Source: Elusimicrobiota bacterium (GTDB lineage: Bacteria; Elusimicrobiota; Elusimicrobia; Elusimicrobiales; UBA9959). Taken from it: a stretch of 64,000 nt of DNA. The position numbers and the translations under genes are program-made. This document shows positions 26,062-35,464 of this stretch, in pieces. The stretch covers positions 198,705 to 262,704 of the forward strand of contig JAPLKI010000016.1 of NCBI GenBank assembly GCA_026388155.1. Reading direction: 5' to 3'. The notes under the pieces were generated by a model, which made no database searches, was not told the DNA's origin, and saw nothing but the letters and a program-made list of their open reading frames with translations. Position 1 is the first letter of the stretch; every line of letters begins with the position of its first letter.

Positions 26062-27813
26062 TCAATCCAGGTAATCGTCTTTCTTTTTTTTCATGAAGCG
26101 GGCGAACCAGCTTCCCGGCGCCGGTTTTTTTTGCTGTTCCTGGCGGGGCTGTTGCCCTTGGCGTTGTCCGCCGGACTGCCATTCCGGACGCATGCGGCTT
26201 CCGCCCTGGCCGCGGTTGCGGCGGGCAGGCGGGCGCGGGCCGTGCGGGCGGCCATGGCTGCGCGGTTCGTCAAAATAAGGGGAAGCCTCAACACGGTGCC
26301 CGCCCGGCGCGGTAAACCTGAAATTTCCGCTTTGATCTCTGCCCCGCGCTTTTGGGGCAATCTGTTGGTGTGTGGGGTTATAAACGGGGCGACCAGCCCT
26401 GCTTTCTGTGCCAAAAGTGCGGGGCCTGCTCCGCTCGTTTGGAGCGTTATGCGGGCGTGTGTAATTATGGGCGGGGCCTGACTGCCGGCGATAAGGCGCC
26501 GCCGGGGTCCTTGTATTGTCCGAAGGCCTGCGCTGTCCCTGATATTGAGGAGCCCTTTTTTGAAAGTGGCTTTGTGCCGGCGGTCGCGGGGGATTGGGCC
26601 GCTGCGCAGGTTTTGAAACGGGCGCCGACGGATTTAATTGTATGACCGGGGCTTTGGGTTTCGCCGGAGTGCGGGCAATCGGAGCGAGTTTCGGCAGAGG
26701 CAAAACGGGCAGTATAGTCCGGAGAAGCCGTTCTATGGCTTTCAGGTCGCCGCGCTGGTCGGGCGTGGCGAAAGAAATGGCGTGGCCGGGCTGGCCCGCC
26801 CGGCCGGTGCGGCCTATGCGATGAACATAATTTTCATTTTCGTCCGGCAGGTCGTAGTTTATTACCAGCTCGATGCCGATAACGTCTATGCCGCGGGCGG
26901 CAATATCCGTGGCCACCAGCACGCGGTAGCGGCCAGTTTTAAATCCGTCCAGGGCCTCCTTCCGCTGGTTAAGGGAACGGTTGGAATGGATTTCCGCCGC
27001 GTTGTAGCCGCTTTCGCGGATGTTCTGCACTATCCTGTGAGCGCTGCGCTTGGTGCGCACGAAAAGAAGAACGCTGCCGCCGTATTGCCCTAAAATAGTG
27101 GTAAGCAGCGCCGCCTTTTCGGCTTTTGAAACCATGAAAACTTCCTGTTTTGTCTTTTCTATCGCGGTGCCAGGCCTGGCTACTTCCACTCTGAGAGGCA
27201 GTTTCATGCGGGCGGCGGCGAGCTTCATTATCCCGTCGGGCATGGTGGCCGAGAACAGCATTGTCTGGCGGTCTTTGGGCACCTGCTCAAGTATGCGGTT
27301 TATCTGCGGGGCAAAGCCCATGTCGAACATGCGGTCCGCTTCGTCCAGTATGAGCACGCAGACATCGTCAAGGCGCACGGTGCGCTGCTGCATGTGGTCG
27401 ATAAGCCGGCCGGGCGTGGCTATTATCACGCGCGGTTTTTTGCGCAGGTCCTGCTGCTGGCGGCTTATGGACTCTCCGCCGATTATCACGGAAGTCTGGA
27501 TACCCGCGAGCGAAGCGAATTGTTTAAACACCTCGTTTACCTGCAAAGCCAGTTCCCGGGTCGGGACAAGAACAAGGCCCCTGCCTTTAAGTCCCGCCAG
27601 GCGCTGAAGCACGGGTATGGCAAACGCTATGGTCTTGCCCGTGCCGGTCTGGGCGATGCCCACAAGATCCTTTCCTTCAAGGGCGGGCGGGATGGCTCTT
27701 GCCTGTATGGGCGTGGGCGTTTTAAACTTCAGCGCGTCAAGCGCGGCTAAAAGTTTAGGGGCTATTCCAAGCCCGTAGAAACCTGCTGAATCGTTTTTTT
27801 CGTTTTCGGTCAT
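26062..27813 (-). CDS. DEAD-box ATP-dependent RNA helicase with a ~215-aa R/P/Q/G-rich C-terminal tail
   Basis: Q-motif PTPIQ, AQTGTGKT, DEAD, SAT and HRIGRTGRAG. Start at the ATG at 27813. Confidence 0.9.
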   Translation of the reverse strand: MTENEKNDSAGFYGLGIAPKLLAALDALKFKTPTPIQARAIPPALEGKDLVGIAQTGTGKTIAFAIPVLQRLAGLKGRGLVLVPTRELALQVNEVFKQFASLAGIQTSVIIGGESISRQQQDLRKKPRVIIATPGRLIDHMQQRTVRLDDVCVLILDEADRMFDMGFAPQINRILEQVPKDRQTMLFSATMPDGIMKLAAARMKLPLRVEVARPGTAIEKTKQEVFMVSKAEKAALLTTILGQYGGSVLLFVRTKRSAHRIVQNIRESGYNAAEIHSNRSLNQRKEALDGFKTGRYRVLVATDIAARGIDVIGIELVINYDLPDENENYVHRIGRTGRAGQPGHAISFATPDQRGDLKAIERLLRTILPVLPLPKLAPIARTPAKPKAPVIQLNPSAPVSKPAQRPNPPRPPAQSHFQKRAPQYQGQRRPSDNTRTPAAPYRRQSGPAHNYTRPHNAPNERSRPRTFGTESRAGRPVYNPTHQQIAPKARGRDQSGNFRFTAPGGHRVEASPYFDEPRSHGRPHGPRPPARRNRGQGGSRMRPEWQSGGQRQGQQPRQEQQKKPAPGSWFARFMKKKKDDYLD

Positions 27814-27820
27814 AATTAAG

Positions 27821-27905
27821 CGGCAAATACTAAGCAAGCAAATAGCAAATAGTTAATAGTGAACATTAAAGTTTCTCCGGCTGCTACTATTCGCCATTTG
27901 CTTTT
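27821..27905. repeat. Word-palindrome element family W3, copy 2
   Basis: GCAAATAGCAAATAGTTAATAGTGAAC...CTACTATTCGCCATTTGC in the helicase 5' leader. Confidence 0.55.
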
Positions 27906-27926
27906 ATCTTTCCACCTGAACAGTTC

Positions 27927-28391
27927 CTAAGGGTTCAGTTTCCGCAGCAGCTCGGCGGTGACTATAAGGCGATAGCTGTTGAGAGCGGCCGGAGTGCTGT
28001 TGCGGCCCTTGGGGGACACTTTTTCAAAGCCGAAGCGCAAATGACAGCAGGTGGTCACTAAATTCCCGTCCTCGCAGGCGTACCATATTTCCCTGGCCCC
28101 GTTTTCAATGGCGTAGCGGATGCGCGACGCCGTAAGGGCCTTGGCTATGCCGCGCTCTCTCCATTCAGGTTTTACCCGCAGACCGTCCAGCGTCCACCGC
28201 GAGCGCTTTTTATAAACTACCGAGTGTCCCACTATACCGCCGCCGCAATAGGCCGCGAAATAGGCGTGGGGCATGGCAAGGGTGGGCTTTGGCGGAGGAG
28301 AATCGCGGTAAAAGGCGTCAAACTGCTTTTTCCACGCCGCGTCTTCCACGGCCACCCTGCGTATTTCCACTATTTCTTTTTCCGGTTTCAT
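27927..28391 (-). CDS. GNAT family N-acetyltransferase
   Basis: 154 aa. RVKPEWRERGIAKALTASRIRYAIENGAREIW matches the acetyl-CoA-binding R/Q-x-x-G-x-A pattern. Confidence 0.7.
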   Translation of the reverse strand: MKPEKEIVEIRRVAVEDAAWKKQFDAFYRDSPPPKPTLAMPHAYFAAYCGGGIVGHSVVYKKRSRWTLDGLRVKPEWRERGIAKALTASRIRYAIENGAREIWYACEDGNLVTTCCHLRFGFEKVSPKGRNSTPAALNSYRLIVTAELLRKLNP

Positions 28392-28451
28392 AACTTAAGT
28401 ATAGCGGCCCCCGGCCTTAAACGGCTGTGTCAACGGCTCTATTTTGCTTTG

Positions 28452-28732
28452 GGCCTTTAGGGCCCGCAACAGAATAATATGAGCATTTGGAGGCCCAGAT
28501 TTGAGCCGGATGCAAGGCGCGACGAGGGAGCATAGCGGTGTCTATGTGACTGAGGAGCAACGCGGCAGCCGGTTCAAAGATGGGCCTCCCCCTGGGGGCT
28601 GGCCGCTTTTGGGCTGCGCCTTTGCGGCGTTCCGCTAACGTACATGTAGTACGCGTCGCTTCACGCCGCTTCGGCTCGCTCCAAAATCGACTCAGCCAAA
28701 TGTCCATATTATTCTGTTGCGGGCCCCTTAGC
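28452..28732. mobile_element. MITE-like noncoding element C with ~32-bp terminal inverted repeats
   Basis: GGGCCCGCAACAGAATAATATGagCATTTGG (28460-28490) against CCAAATGtcCATATTATTCTGTTGCGGGCCC (28697-28727). GC-rich hairpin-rich interior with no ORF. Confidence 0.55.
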
Positions 28733-28775
28733 TCATGTGTAGTGGGGCCAACGGCTCTTGCGGCTCACTAAAAGG

Positions 28776-30080
28776 CTATTTTGTTCTGTACATGCTGCGG
28801 CGCTTCATGCGGAAGCTGGTGGGCAGGTTTTTGGGGCTTGCTCCGCCTCCGCCTCCCCTGAAACCTCCCCGCCCGCCGGTGTTCTTGGACTGGGGAGGCA
28901 GGCCTATCAGCTTCGCGGCTGGAATTTCGGGATGGGATACTATATTGATCTGCATTCTTATGAGTCGTTCAATATTGCGCAGGTCTGTTTCCTGTTCGGG
29001 GGTCACGAACGAAATGGCGTGGCCCGCCTTACCGGCGCGGCCGGTGCGGCCTATACGGTGCACATAGCTTTCATCGTCGTCGGGCAGGTCGTAATTCAGC
29101 ACTATTTCTATGCCTACTACATCTATGCCGCGCGCGGCTATGTCGGTGGCCACCAGAATGCGGTATTTGCCGGTTTTAAATCCCTCAAGGGCTTCTTTGC
29201 GCTGGCCCAGAGTGCGGTCGGAATGAATTTCCGCCACGCTGTGGCCCATGTCGCGGATATCGCGTGTGATGTCGCACGCGTTATATCGGGTGCGCACGAA
29301 CAGCAGCACGGTGCCCCAATACTTATCCAGCAGCTTTGAAAGCAAAGCCGGCTTGAGGCCGCGGTTGACCACATAAACTTCCTGCACGACATTTTCCACC
29401 ACGGTGCCGGAGCGGGCCACTTCCACGCGGGTGGGAAGCTTCATGTATTTGGCGGCGAGTTTCATTATTTCATCCGGCATGGTGGCGGAGAACAGCATGG
29501 TTTGGCGTTCTTTCGGCACATATTGCAGTATGCGGTTTATCTGAGGGGCGAATCCCATGTCGAACATACGGTCGGCTTCATCCAGAACCAGCACCTGAAC
29601 GTCATCCAGTTTTACCGTGTTCTGCTGAACATGGTCGAGCAGGCGGCCGGGAGTGGCCACAATAACGCGCGGTTTCTTTTTAAGGGCGGTAAGCTGGCCG
29701 GAGATGTTTTCCCCTCCTATAAGCACCACGGAGGTCATTCCCAGAAGCGGAGCGAATTGTTTATACACTTCGTTCACCTGTATGGCCAGTTCGCGCGTGG
29801 GCACAAGTATCAGCCCCTTGCCCGGCTTGGCGGCCAGCGTCTGTATCATCGGAATGGCGAACGCTATGGTTTTGCCGGTACCGGTCTGGGCTATGCCGAC
29901 CATGTCGTTGCCCGAACAGGCTATCGGTATGGCTTGTTTTTGTATGGGGGTGGGTTCCACGAATTTCATACGGTCAAGGGCTTCAAGGAGCTTCGGGGCT
30001 ATGCCCAGCCCGTAAAAGCCCGGAACCGGAACGGAAACCTTGGCTTTTCCTTTCATCATCGAGATAAATCTTTTAATCAT
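28776..30080 (-). CDS. DEAD-box ATP-dependent RNA helicase (paralog) with a short RGG tail
   Basis: Same motif set as the 26062 helicase. C-terminus is GGRGGFRGGGGG. Confidence 0.9.
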   Translation of the reverse strand: MIKRFISMMKGKAKVSVPVPGFYGLGIAPKLLEALDRMKFVEPTPIQKQAIPIACSGNDMVGIAQTGTGKTIAFAIPMIQTLAAKPGKGLILVPTRELAIQVNEVYKQFAPLLGMTSVVLIGGENISGQLTALKKKPRVIVATPGRLLDHVQQNTVKLDDVQVLVLDEADRMFDMGFAPQINRILQYVPKERQTMLFSATMPDEIMKLAAKYMKLPTRVEVARSGTVVENVVQEVYVVNRGLKPALLSKLLDKYWGTVLLFVRTRYNACDITRDIRDMGHSVAEIHSDRTLGQRKEALEGFKTGKYRILVATDIAARGIDVVGIEIVLNYDLPDDDESYVHRIGRTGRAGKAGHAISFVTPEQETDLRNIERLIRMQINIVSHPEIPAAKLIGLPPQSKNTGGRGGFRGGGGGASPKNLPTSFRMKRRSMYRTK

Positions 30081-30145
30081 ATATTACATGATTATACATA
30101 ATTTCGTGAGGATGGTTATGGGAGGCTGATTTGCCGATTTGCGGG

Positions 30146-31366
30146 CTAAAAGGCAAGCGAAGCGCCGGCGTAGCCGTAAAAACCTGAGTGGGAAGGATAT
30201 CCCAGCAGATAACCTTTTGTCTTATATGCGGCCTTTGCGCTCAGCCCGAGCGAGCGGTATAGCGGCATATCCGCCTTTAACTGGAAATTCCGCCCGCTCG
30301 CGCGCAAAGGCAGCTGCGGATCTTTTGCCCCGGGAAAGGTCCAGATATCCAGCGCCGGGGTCAGCTTAAGGCCTGCCAGATCAACAGGGCCGAATTCCGC
30401 TCCGCCCCCTTTTATTTCACCTTCGGGGGTTTTGCCTGTCCGGTAGTAAAGCGAAAGCAGTCTGCCCTTTCCCCCGAGGAAGATATAATAATAGTTCTCA
30501 GGGCCCGAAGGTGTCAGGCTGGCTTTAGGCGCGAAAGCGGCCCCGATCCCCCCTCCCAGGGGGAGCATGGGCGCCGGGGCGTCGCGCCCGCCTGTCAGGA
30601 AATAATGGGCCCACACGTAAAACAGCCAATAAAAACAGGGGTCGAACTTCATGGCGCGGTCCAACGACCGGCGGCTTTTGCCGGCATAGCTTTCAGTGAG
30701 ACCCACTGACGCGCCGTAACGGGTCCTGAAATTACGCAGCCATGAGGTTCCGTCTCCGCCCTCAGTCCTTGCGGGATCCAGCCCGTCCTTCAGATAGGAT
30801 AGGTCCGAATAGGCGGCGCGAAAAATACCGGAATCGTAAACTTTCATCCTGCCCGAGCGGTATATCTCCTTTTCGGCGTCAAGCAGGTAAAGCTGGCTGG
30901 CTCCCGCGCCGGCGGCCAGCCAGAGCTGCTTTTGCTCATAAGTTCCAAGCGCCGTAAGTTTGTCGGAAATGGCATAACTGGGGCGGGGATCGGAAACGAA
31001 CCAGGACCAGCCGTATCGGGCGTCTTTGTAGCCGAATTCCCGTATAACCGAGCCGTGACCGTAATACTCGTGTATTATTTTTTCCGGAGAGGGCAGCAGC
31101 AATATTGAGGCGGGCAGGTTGAGGGGCCGCAGGAACCAGCGGGAATGCACGCCCGCTTTCAGGGCGGCGTAATCATAGCCGTCGTTAAGCAGGGCTTCGG
31201 CGGCCGACAGGGTAACCGCGCCGGATTCCATGGAACCATTACCGGACGGGTCGTAGACAAAACGATAGGTTTGGGAAGCGCCGGCGGGCGGGAGCCCCAA
31301 GAAAACGAGCAGGAGCGCCGCCCCGATGGCCGCTGACATTCTACGGCATTTTTCCTGCCCGCTCAT
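30146..31366 (-). CDS. Outer-membrane beta-barrel-like hypothetical protein
   Basis: Signal peptide after the ATG at 31366 (or 31339). Alternating beta pattern and a C-terminal ...YAGASLAF ending in Phe. Confidence 0.5.
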   Translation of the reverse strand: MSGQEKCRRMSAAIGAALLLVFLGLPPAGASQTYRFVYDPSGNGSMESGAVTLSAAEALLNDGYDYAALKAGVHSRWFLRPLNLPASILLLPSPEKIIHEYYGHGSVIREFGYKDARYGWSWFVSDPRPSYAISDKLTALGTYEQKQLWLAAGAGASQLYLLDAEKEIYRSGRMKVYDSGIFRAAYSDLSYLKDGLDPARTEGGDGTSWLRNFRTRYGASVGLTESYAGKSRRSLDRAMKFDPCFYWLFYVWAHYFLTGGRDAPAPMLPLGGGIGAAFAPKASLTPSGPENYYYIFLGGKGRLLSLYYRTGKTPEGEIKGGGAEFGPVDLAGLKLTPALDIWTFPGAKDPQLPLRASGRNFQLKADMPLYRSLGLSAKAAYKTKGYLLGYPSHSGFYGYAGASLAF

Positions 31367-31382
31367 GCGTTCATTATCCGGG

Positions 31383-32798
31383 TTAAGCCAGATTAAAGGT
31401 TTCCCCCATTTGCGGACAAAAAACATTTTTAAAACCTTCTTCCCCCAGTTTGGCGGACAGAGCGCCGCGCGCCTCATCGTCGCCGTGCACCAGGAAAATT
31501 TTTTTCGGCGCGGGCTTCATGGCTTTTATAAAAGCAAGCAGATCGTTCTTGTCGGCGTGGGATGAGAAACTGTGCAGGGTTTCCACATTGGCCCACACTT
31601 CGTGTTCAAGGCCGAAAATCCTGACCTTTGCCGCGCCGTCCTGCAGGCGGCGGCCCAAAGTGCCTTCCGCCTGATAGCCGACCAGCAGCACCGTGGTGTT
31701 TTCTTTTTCTATGTTGTTGCGCAGGTGATGCAGCACGCGCCCGCCTTCGCACATCCCCGAGGCGGAAATTATGATCATTGGGCCGGGCTTATAGTTAAGC
31801 GTCTGCGACTCCTCCTTGCTGCGCAGGTAGCGTATATAATCAAAGCCGAAAGGGTCGCCGTCCGCGCGGGCGTAATCGCGGAACTTTTCGTCAAAGCAAA
31901 AATCCTCCCGGTGTTTGTTGAAGATCTCGGTGAGGCTTGTCGTCATGGGGCTGTCAACGTATACGGGGATATCCGGCGCGCCTTTAGAACGGCGCAGCTT
32001 GTCCAGTATGAAGATTATTTCCTGGGAACGCTCAAGCGCGAAGCTGGGAATTATTATTTTCCCGTTTTCCTTTACGGCGCGCCTTATCGCATCGGCAAGT
32101 TTGTCTTCAGCGTCGCCAAGCGGCTCGTGCAGGCGGTCGCCGTAGGTGCTTTCTATAACCAGGCAGTCCACGCCTTCCGGCGGCACGGGCGCCTCCATAA
32201 GGAGTGTTTCCGGGCGGCCAAGATCCCCGGTGTAAAGCAGGCGCCGCCGCCCCGCGGGGCCGTCAATGTCAAGCTGCGACATGGCCGAGCCCATTACATG
32301 GCCGGCGTTAAGAAATCTGGCGGATACGCCCGGGATCGGCGCGAACTCCGCGTTACACTCGATCGGGCGCAGATGAGACAGCGCTTTATCGGCGTCTTCC
32401 TCAGTGTAAAGCGGTTCTATCGTCAGGCCTTCGGCTGCGTGTATTTTGTTGTAGAACTGCGCGTCCCCCTCCTGCAGGCGGGCGGAATCGGCCAGCATTA
32501 TGGCGGTAATCTCGGCGGTGGCGGGGGTGGCGTATAGCGGGGCGTCGCAGCCGTTGCGGTAAAGAAGGGGCAGCAGGCCGCAGTGGTCCACATGGGCGTG
32601 GCTTAGCATGACCGCGTCCACCGAGGCGGGCGGAAAACGGAAAGTGCGGTTCTTTGAGTCCGCGTCCGAGCGGTGGCCCTGGAACATGCCGCAGTCAAGC
32701 AGCAGGCTTTTGCCGTTAACTTCCAAAAGGTGCCGTGAGCCGGTAACTTCCCCCGCCGCGCCGTGAAAACTTATAGTGAGCTTATTGTCCGTGGTCAT
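31383..32798 (-). CDS. Beta-CASP family MBL-fold ribonuclease
   Basis: HAHVDHCG metallo-beta-lactamase motif, and C-terminal SSHAD ... LVHGD beta-CASP motifs, 471 aa. Confidence 0.8.
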   Translation of the reverse strand: MTTDNKLTISFHGAAGEVTGSRHLLEVNGKSLLLDCGMFQGHRSDADSKNRTFRFPPASVDAVMLSHAHVDHCGLLPLLYRNGCDAPLYATPATAEITAIMLADSARLQEGDAQFYNKIHAAEGLTIEPLYTEEDADKALSHLRPIECNAEFAPIPGVSARFLNAGHVMGSAMSQLDIDGPAGRRRLLYTGDLGRPETLLMEAPVPPEGVDCLVIESTYGDRLHEPLGDAEDKLADAIRRAVKENGKIIIPSFALERSQEIIFILDKLRRSKGAPDIPVYVDSPMTTSLTEIFNKHREDFCFDEKFRDYARADGDPFGFDYIRYLRSKEESQTLNYKPGPMIIISASGMCEGGRVLHHLRNNIEKENTTVLLVGYQAEGTLGRRLQDGAAKVRIFGLEHEVWANVETLHSFSSHADKNDLLAFIKAMKPAPKKIFLVHGDDEARGALSAKLGEEGFKNVFCPQMGETFNLA

Positions 32799-32866
32799 TT
32801 TTTCCTGCCTTTGGTGCCGGTGGTCTCTGACGCTGTCATCCGGCCAATACTTGTGTAGGTGCCGTA

Positions 32867-33376
32867 TCAGGGCCTATGGCCGTCGGACGGCCTCCTGTAA
32901 AAAACATTGACCGGGGCAATTGTCTTGCGCATTAATAGTTCGTCATGGCCCCGCACGATAAAATCCGCCAGGCGCCCGCATTGCCGGTAGCCCAGCCGCT
33001 TGTAAAACCTTATGGCTTTTTTATTAAAGGAAGAGACGCAGAGAAAAACGTTGGGCGCGCGCGAGAATATTTTTTCTTCCGCGTGTTCCATCATCTGGGC
33101 GCCCAGTCCCCGGTCGCGGAAGGTCTCTGCCACAAAAAGCGATTGTATATAGCCGCGGAAGGTGCCGTACATGGTTATTATCGCAAGGCCGGCGATCTCA
33201 CGCTCGGAGCGCGCTATGTAAACCTCGCGGAACGGAGCGGTCATGGAATTAAGGCAGGCGCGGTAGCCGCGGCCTAGTTTCCGCCAGGGGTCCGAGGCCG
33301 CCATAAGGCGCGCCGCGCGCTTTAAAACCTGCATGGATGAAGTTTTTGAGATTTTGATCTGGGCTTTAACCGGCAT
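32867..33376 (-). CDS. GNAT family N-acetyltransferase
   Basis: FVAETFRDRGLGAQMMEHAE acetyl-CoA-binding motif. Start at the ATG at 33376. Confidence 0.7.
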   Translation of the reverse strand: MPVKAQIKISKTSSMQVLKRAARLMAASDPWRKLGRGYRACLNSMTAPFREVYIARSEREIAGLAIITMYGTFRGYIQSLFVAETFRDRGLGAQMMEHAEEKIFSRAPNVFLCVSSFNKKAIRFYKRLGYRQCGRLADFIVRGHDELLMRKTIAPVNVFYRRPSDGHRP

Positions 33377-33431
33377 AACTAAATGATACAAAATTACTCA
33401 TCTGGGCTGGATTAGTGTAGGTTTTAATAAG

Positions 33432-33631
33432 GAGAGCCGGCGGGTTTTCCGCGCGCTCCTTTTAGGGTTTTAAGTCCGGGGTCTGGAGCAAATCCCTATC
33501 ATTAGGGACGGCGAGGACCATTCAAGCCGGACCGCTGTGCCGGGCCGGCGCGTTCCGGAGCTGGCGGAAGACCCCGGACTTCCTCATTGCAAAACCCGGT
33601 CTTGGAGCGCGCGGAAAACCCGCCGGCTCTC
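33432..33631. repeat. Long extended hairpin element E (28-bp perfect closing stem)
   Basis: GAGAGCCGGCGGGTTTTCCGCGCGCTCC (33432-33459) is the exact reverse complement of 33604-33631. A nested AAGTCCGGGGTCT/AGACCCCGGACTT stem lies inside. Confidence 0.65.
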
Positions 33632-33677
33632 TTAATTGCTGACTTTTTCAGCAGCCCCAATTTAGTAGAATTTTGAA

Positions 33678-33959
33678 ATGGACGATGAGGCTCGGTTAGC
33701 GGCTTTTCAAAAACTGGCGGGGCAAAACCCGTCGGGAGGTTTTTTCGGCTTTTCCCCCTGGGCTATAGCCGTGGGCGTCCTTTTTTCTTTAGTGGGGCTT
33801 TTCTATTTTAAACGCGGCAAACAGGAAATGGATATCCCGACCATATCCGCCGGCATAGCCCTTATGGCTTTTCCTTACTTCGTGTCAGATACGCTTTATA
33901 TGCTGCTTACCGGGGCCGCCATAATGGCCCTGCACTACATGGCGCGGAAATATTGGTAG
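33678..33959 (+). CDS. Small two-TM membrane protein, hypothetical
   Basis: 93 aa with two hydrophobic helices. Confidence 0.45.
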   Translation: MDDEARLAAFQKLAGQNPSGGFFGFSPWAIAVGVLFSLVGLFYFKRGKQEMDIPTISAGIALMAFPYFVSDTLYMLLTGAAIMALHYMARKYW

Positions 33960-34123
33960 CGACAGCCATTAATTCCTTTCTGTTTTTCAATCCCGCTGTT
34001 CTTGTAAACTATTGAATATAGGTCTAAAGGCCTATATTAAACCTAGGTCCTTTGGCCCTTGCCAAATAGGCCTTATGACATAGACTATGGTTGATATCAT
34101 TACGGTTGTGTTTTGGAGGAACT

Positions 34124-35017
34124 TTGAAACGCTTCGTTGTATTATCGGCAGTTCTTGCGGTTCTTCCCTTTTCATCCCTGTCAGCCCAGTTGCCTGCCGT
34201 CCCGCAGTATCCCGCTATTGAAGAACTTAGGGCTTCCGTTTTACCCGCGGCCCTGGAGTTTACCTTTCCTGAACCCGTTGCCGCGAAGGCTAAAGCAGCC
34301 AATATCCCCGCAAATCTTTCAGGTGAACAGCTTTTTCAGTATCTGCACATAAACATAGTCCCGGCCAACCGCGCTTCATCGGGATATTCCGTGGCCAAGG
34401 CCTACATGTATTCCAAGGCCGACAATGTTACCTGTAACGGCGGCCCGGGTATCATAACTTTTTACTCCGAGGTTTGCGTGAACGGTACAAGTGCCAACGG
34501 CAATGACTATATTGAAAAGGGCGACCAGGATAAGGACGGAGTGGCGGGCGATTTTGTGAACGCGGAGCATATCTGGCCGCAGAGTTATTTCAACAGCGCC
34601 TATCCCATGGTGGCGGACCTCCACCAGCTGGCCTCATCCTTTTCCAGCCCCAACGGCCGCCGCGCCAACCTGCGCTTTGCCAAAGTTTCAAACGCCACCT
34701 ACAGCACCTCGTCCGGTTCCAAGCTGGGCAAGGAAGGCTTTGAGCCCGCTGACGCCGTAAAGGGCAATGTGGCCCGTGCCATGCTCTACTTTGTCGTGTG
34801 CTATTACGATCTGGATATAAGCCAGGGCATGAACTACAATGACTTCTGGACCAGCCGCGTGCCCATGCTGCTTGAATGGAATCGTCAAGACCCCCCCGAT
34901 GCCAATGAGCTTCGCCGCAATGACCTGGTGGAAACCTTCCAGGGCAACCGCAATCCCTTTGTGGATGACCCCTCCCTGGCCGACCGCGTAGGCGCGGCGG
35001 TGTTTGCCTCTCACTAG
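34124..35017 (+). CDS. Secreted endonuclease I family nuclease
   Basis: AEHIWPQSYF, GNVARAMLYF and ETFQGNRNPFVDDP motifs. TTG start at 34124, 5 nt after GGAGGA, followed by a signal peptide. Confidence 0.75.
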   Translation: MKRFVVLSAVLAVLPFSSLSAQLPAVPQYPAIEELRASVLPAALEFTFPEPVAAKAKAANIPANLSGEQLFQYLHINIVPANRASSGYSVAKAYMYSKADNVTCNGGPGIITFYSEVCVNGTSANGNDYIEKGDQDKDGVAGDFVNAEHIWPQSYFNSAYPMVADLHQLASSFSSPNGRRANLRFAKVSNATYSTSSGSKLGKEGFEPADAVKGNVARAMLYFVVCYYDLDISQGMNYNDFWTSRVPMLLEWNRQDPPDANELRRNDLVETFQGNRNPFVDDPSLADRVGAAVFASH

Positions 35018-35056
35018 GAGTGCAGGCTGAAGGCTGAAGGTAAAAAATATAACCCG

Positions 35057-35464
35057 AAATCCTTAGTTAACTAAGGATTTCGGGTTAACAGTTTTCCCGG
35101 CTTCCGCAGGCCCCCTAAAAATCACCGTCTCTTCATTAGCAACCCTCTTGAAATCCGGGTGCCTCACGGGTAAGAGGGAGGAATGTTTTTTATCCGGCAG
35201 CCGGCCTTACGGGTTTGCGGGGCCTGCCGCCGGACCGGAACGCGGGGACAGCCGTCCACACCGTGGCCGGCTTCCATGACTCACCTTCGGCGCTTGCGTA
35301 AGCCTCAGGTTCGCGAAGGCCCCGCTAACCCGGCTCCGGCGGCACCCGCTCCATTTATTCAAGGGAGAAACTTGTTGTAAAAAAGGGAAGAGTCAAAGCG
35401 CCGGCGCCCGTTCCCGCAAGATACGCGGGCGTAAGGGTGCCTCATTGCGGAAGTCAGGAGACTT
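35057..35464. mobile_element. GC-rich noncoding element B (homolog of A, opposite orientation), bracketed by 27-bp direct repeats
   Basis: Direct repeats AAGGCTGAAGrTAAAAAATATAACCCG at 35030-35056 and 35465-35491. Termini CTTCCGCA (35101) and TGCGGAAG (35447) are inverted. No ORF is conserved with A. Confidence 0.6.

Noticed and set aside
25798-26481. 227-aa plus-strand ORF spanning element A and the helicase tail.
   Set aside because: It overlaps the helicase C-terminal coding region in antisense and the noncoding element. Its composition is Arg/Ala/Pro-rich with no RBS or motif, so it is spurious.
28797-28815. CTTCATGCGGAAGC inside the helicase-2 coding end resembles the CCTCATTGCGGAAG terminus of elements A and B.
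   Set aside because: It is a short match inside a well-supported coding region (…SFRMKRRS…) with no flanking element-like sequence, so it is probably coincidental.
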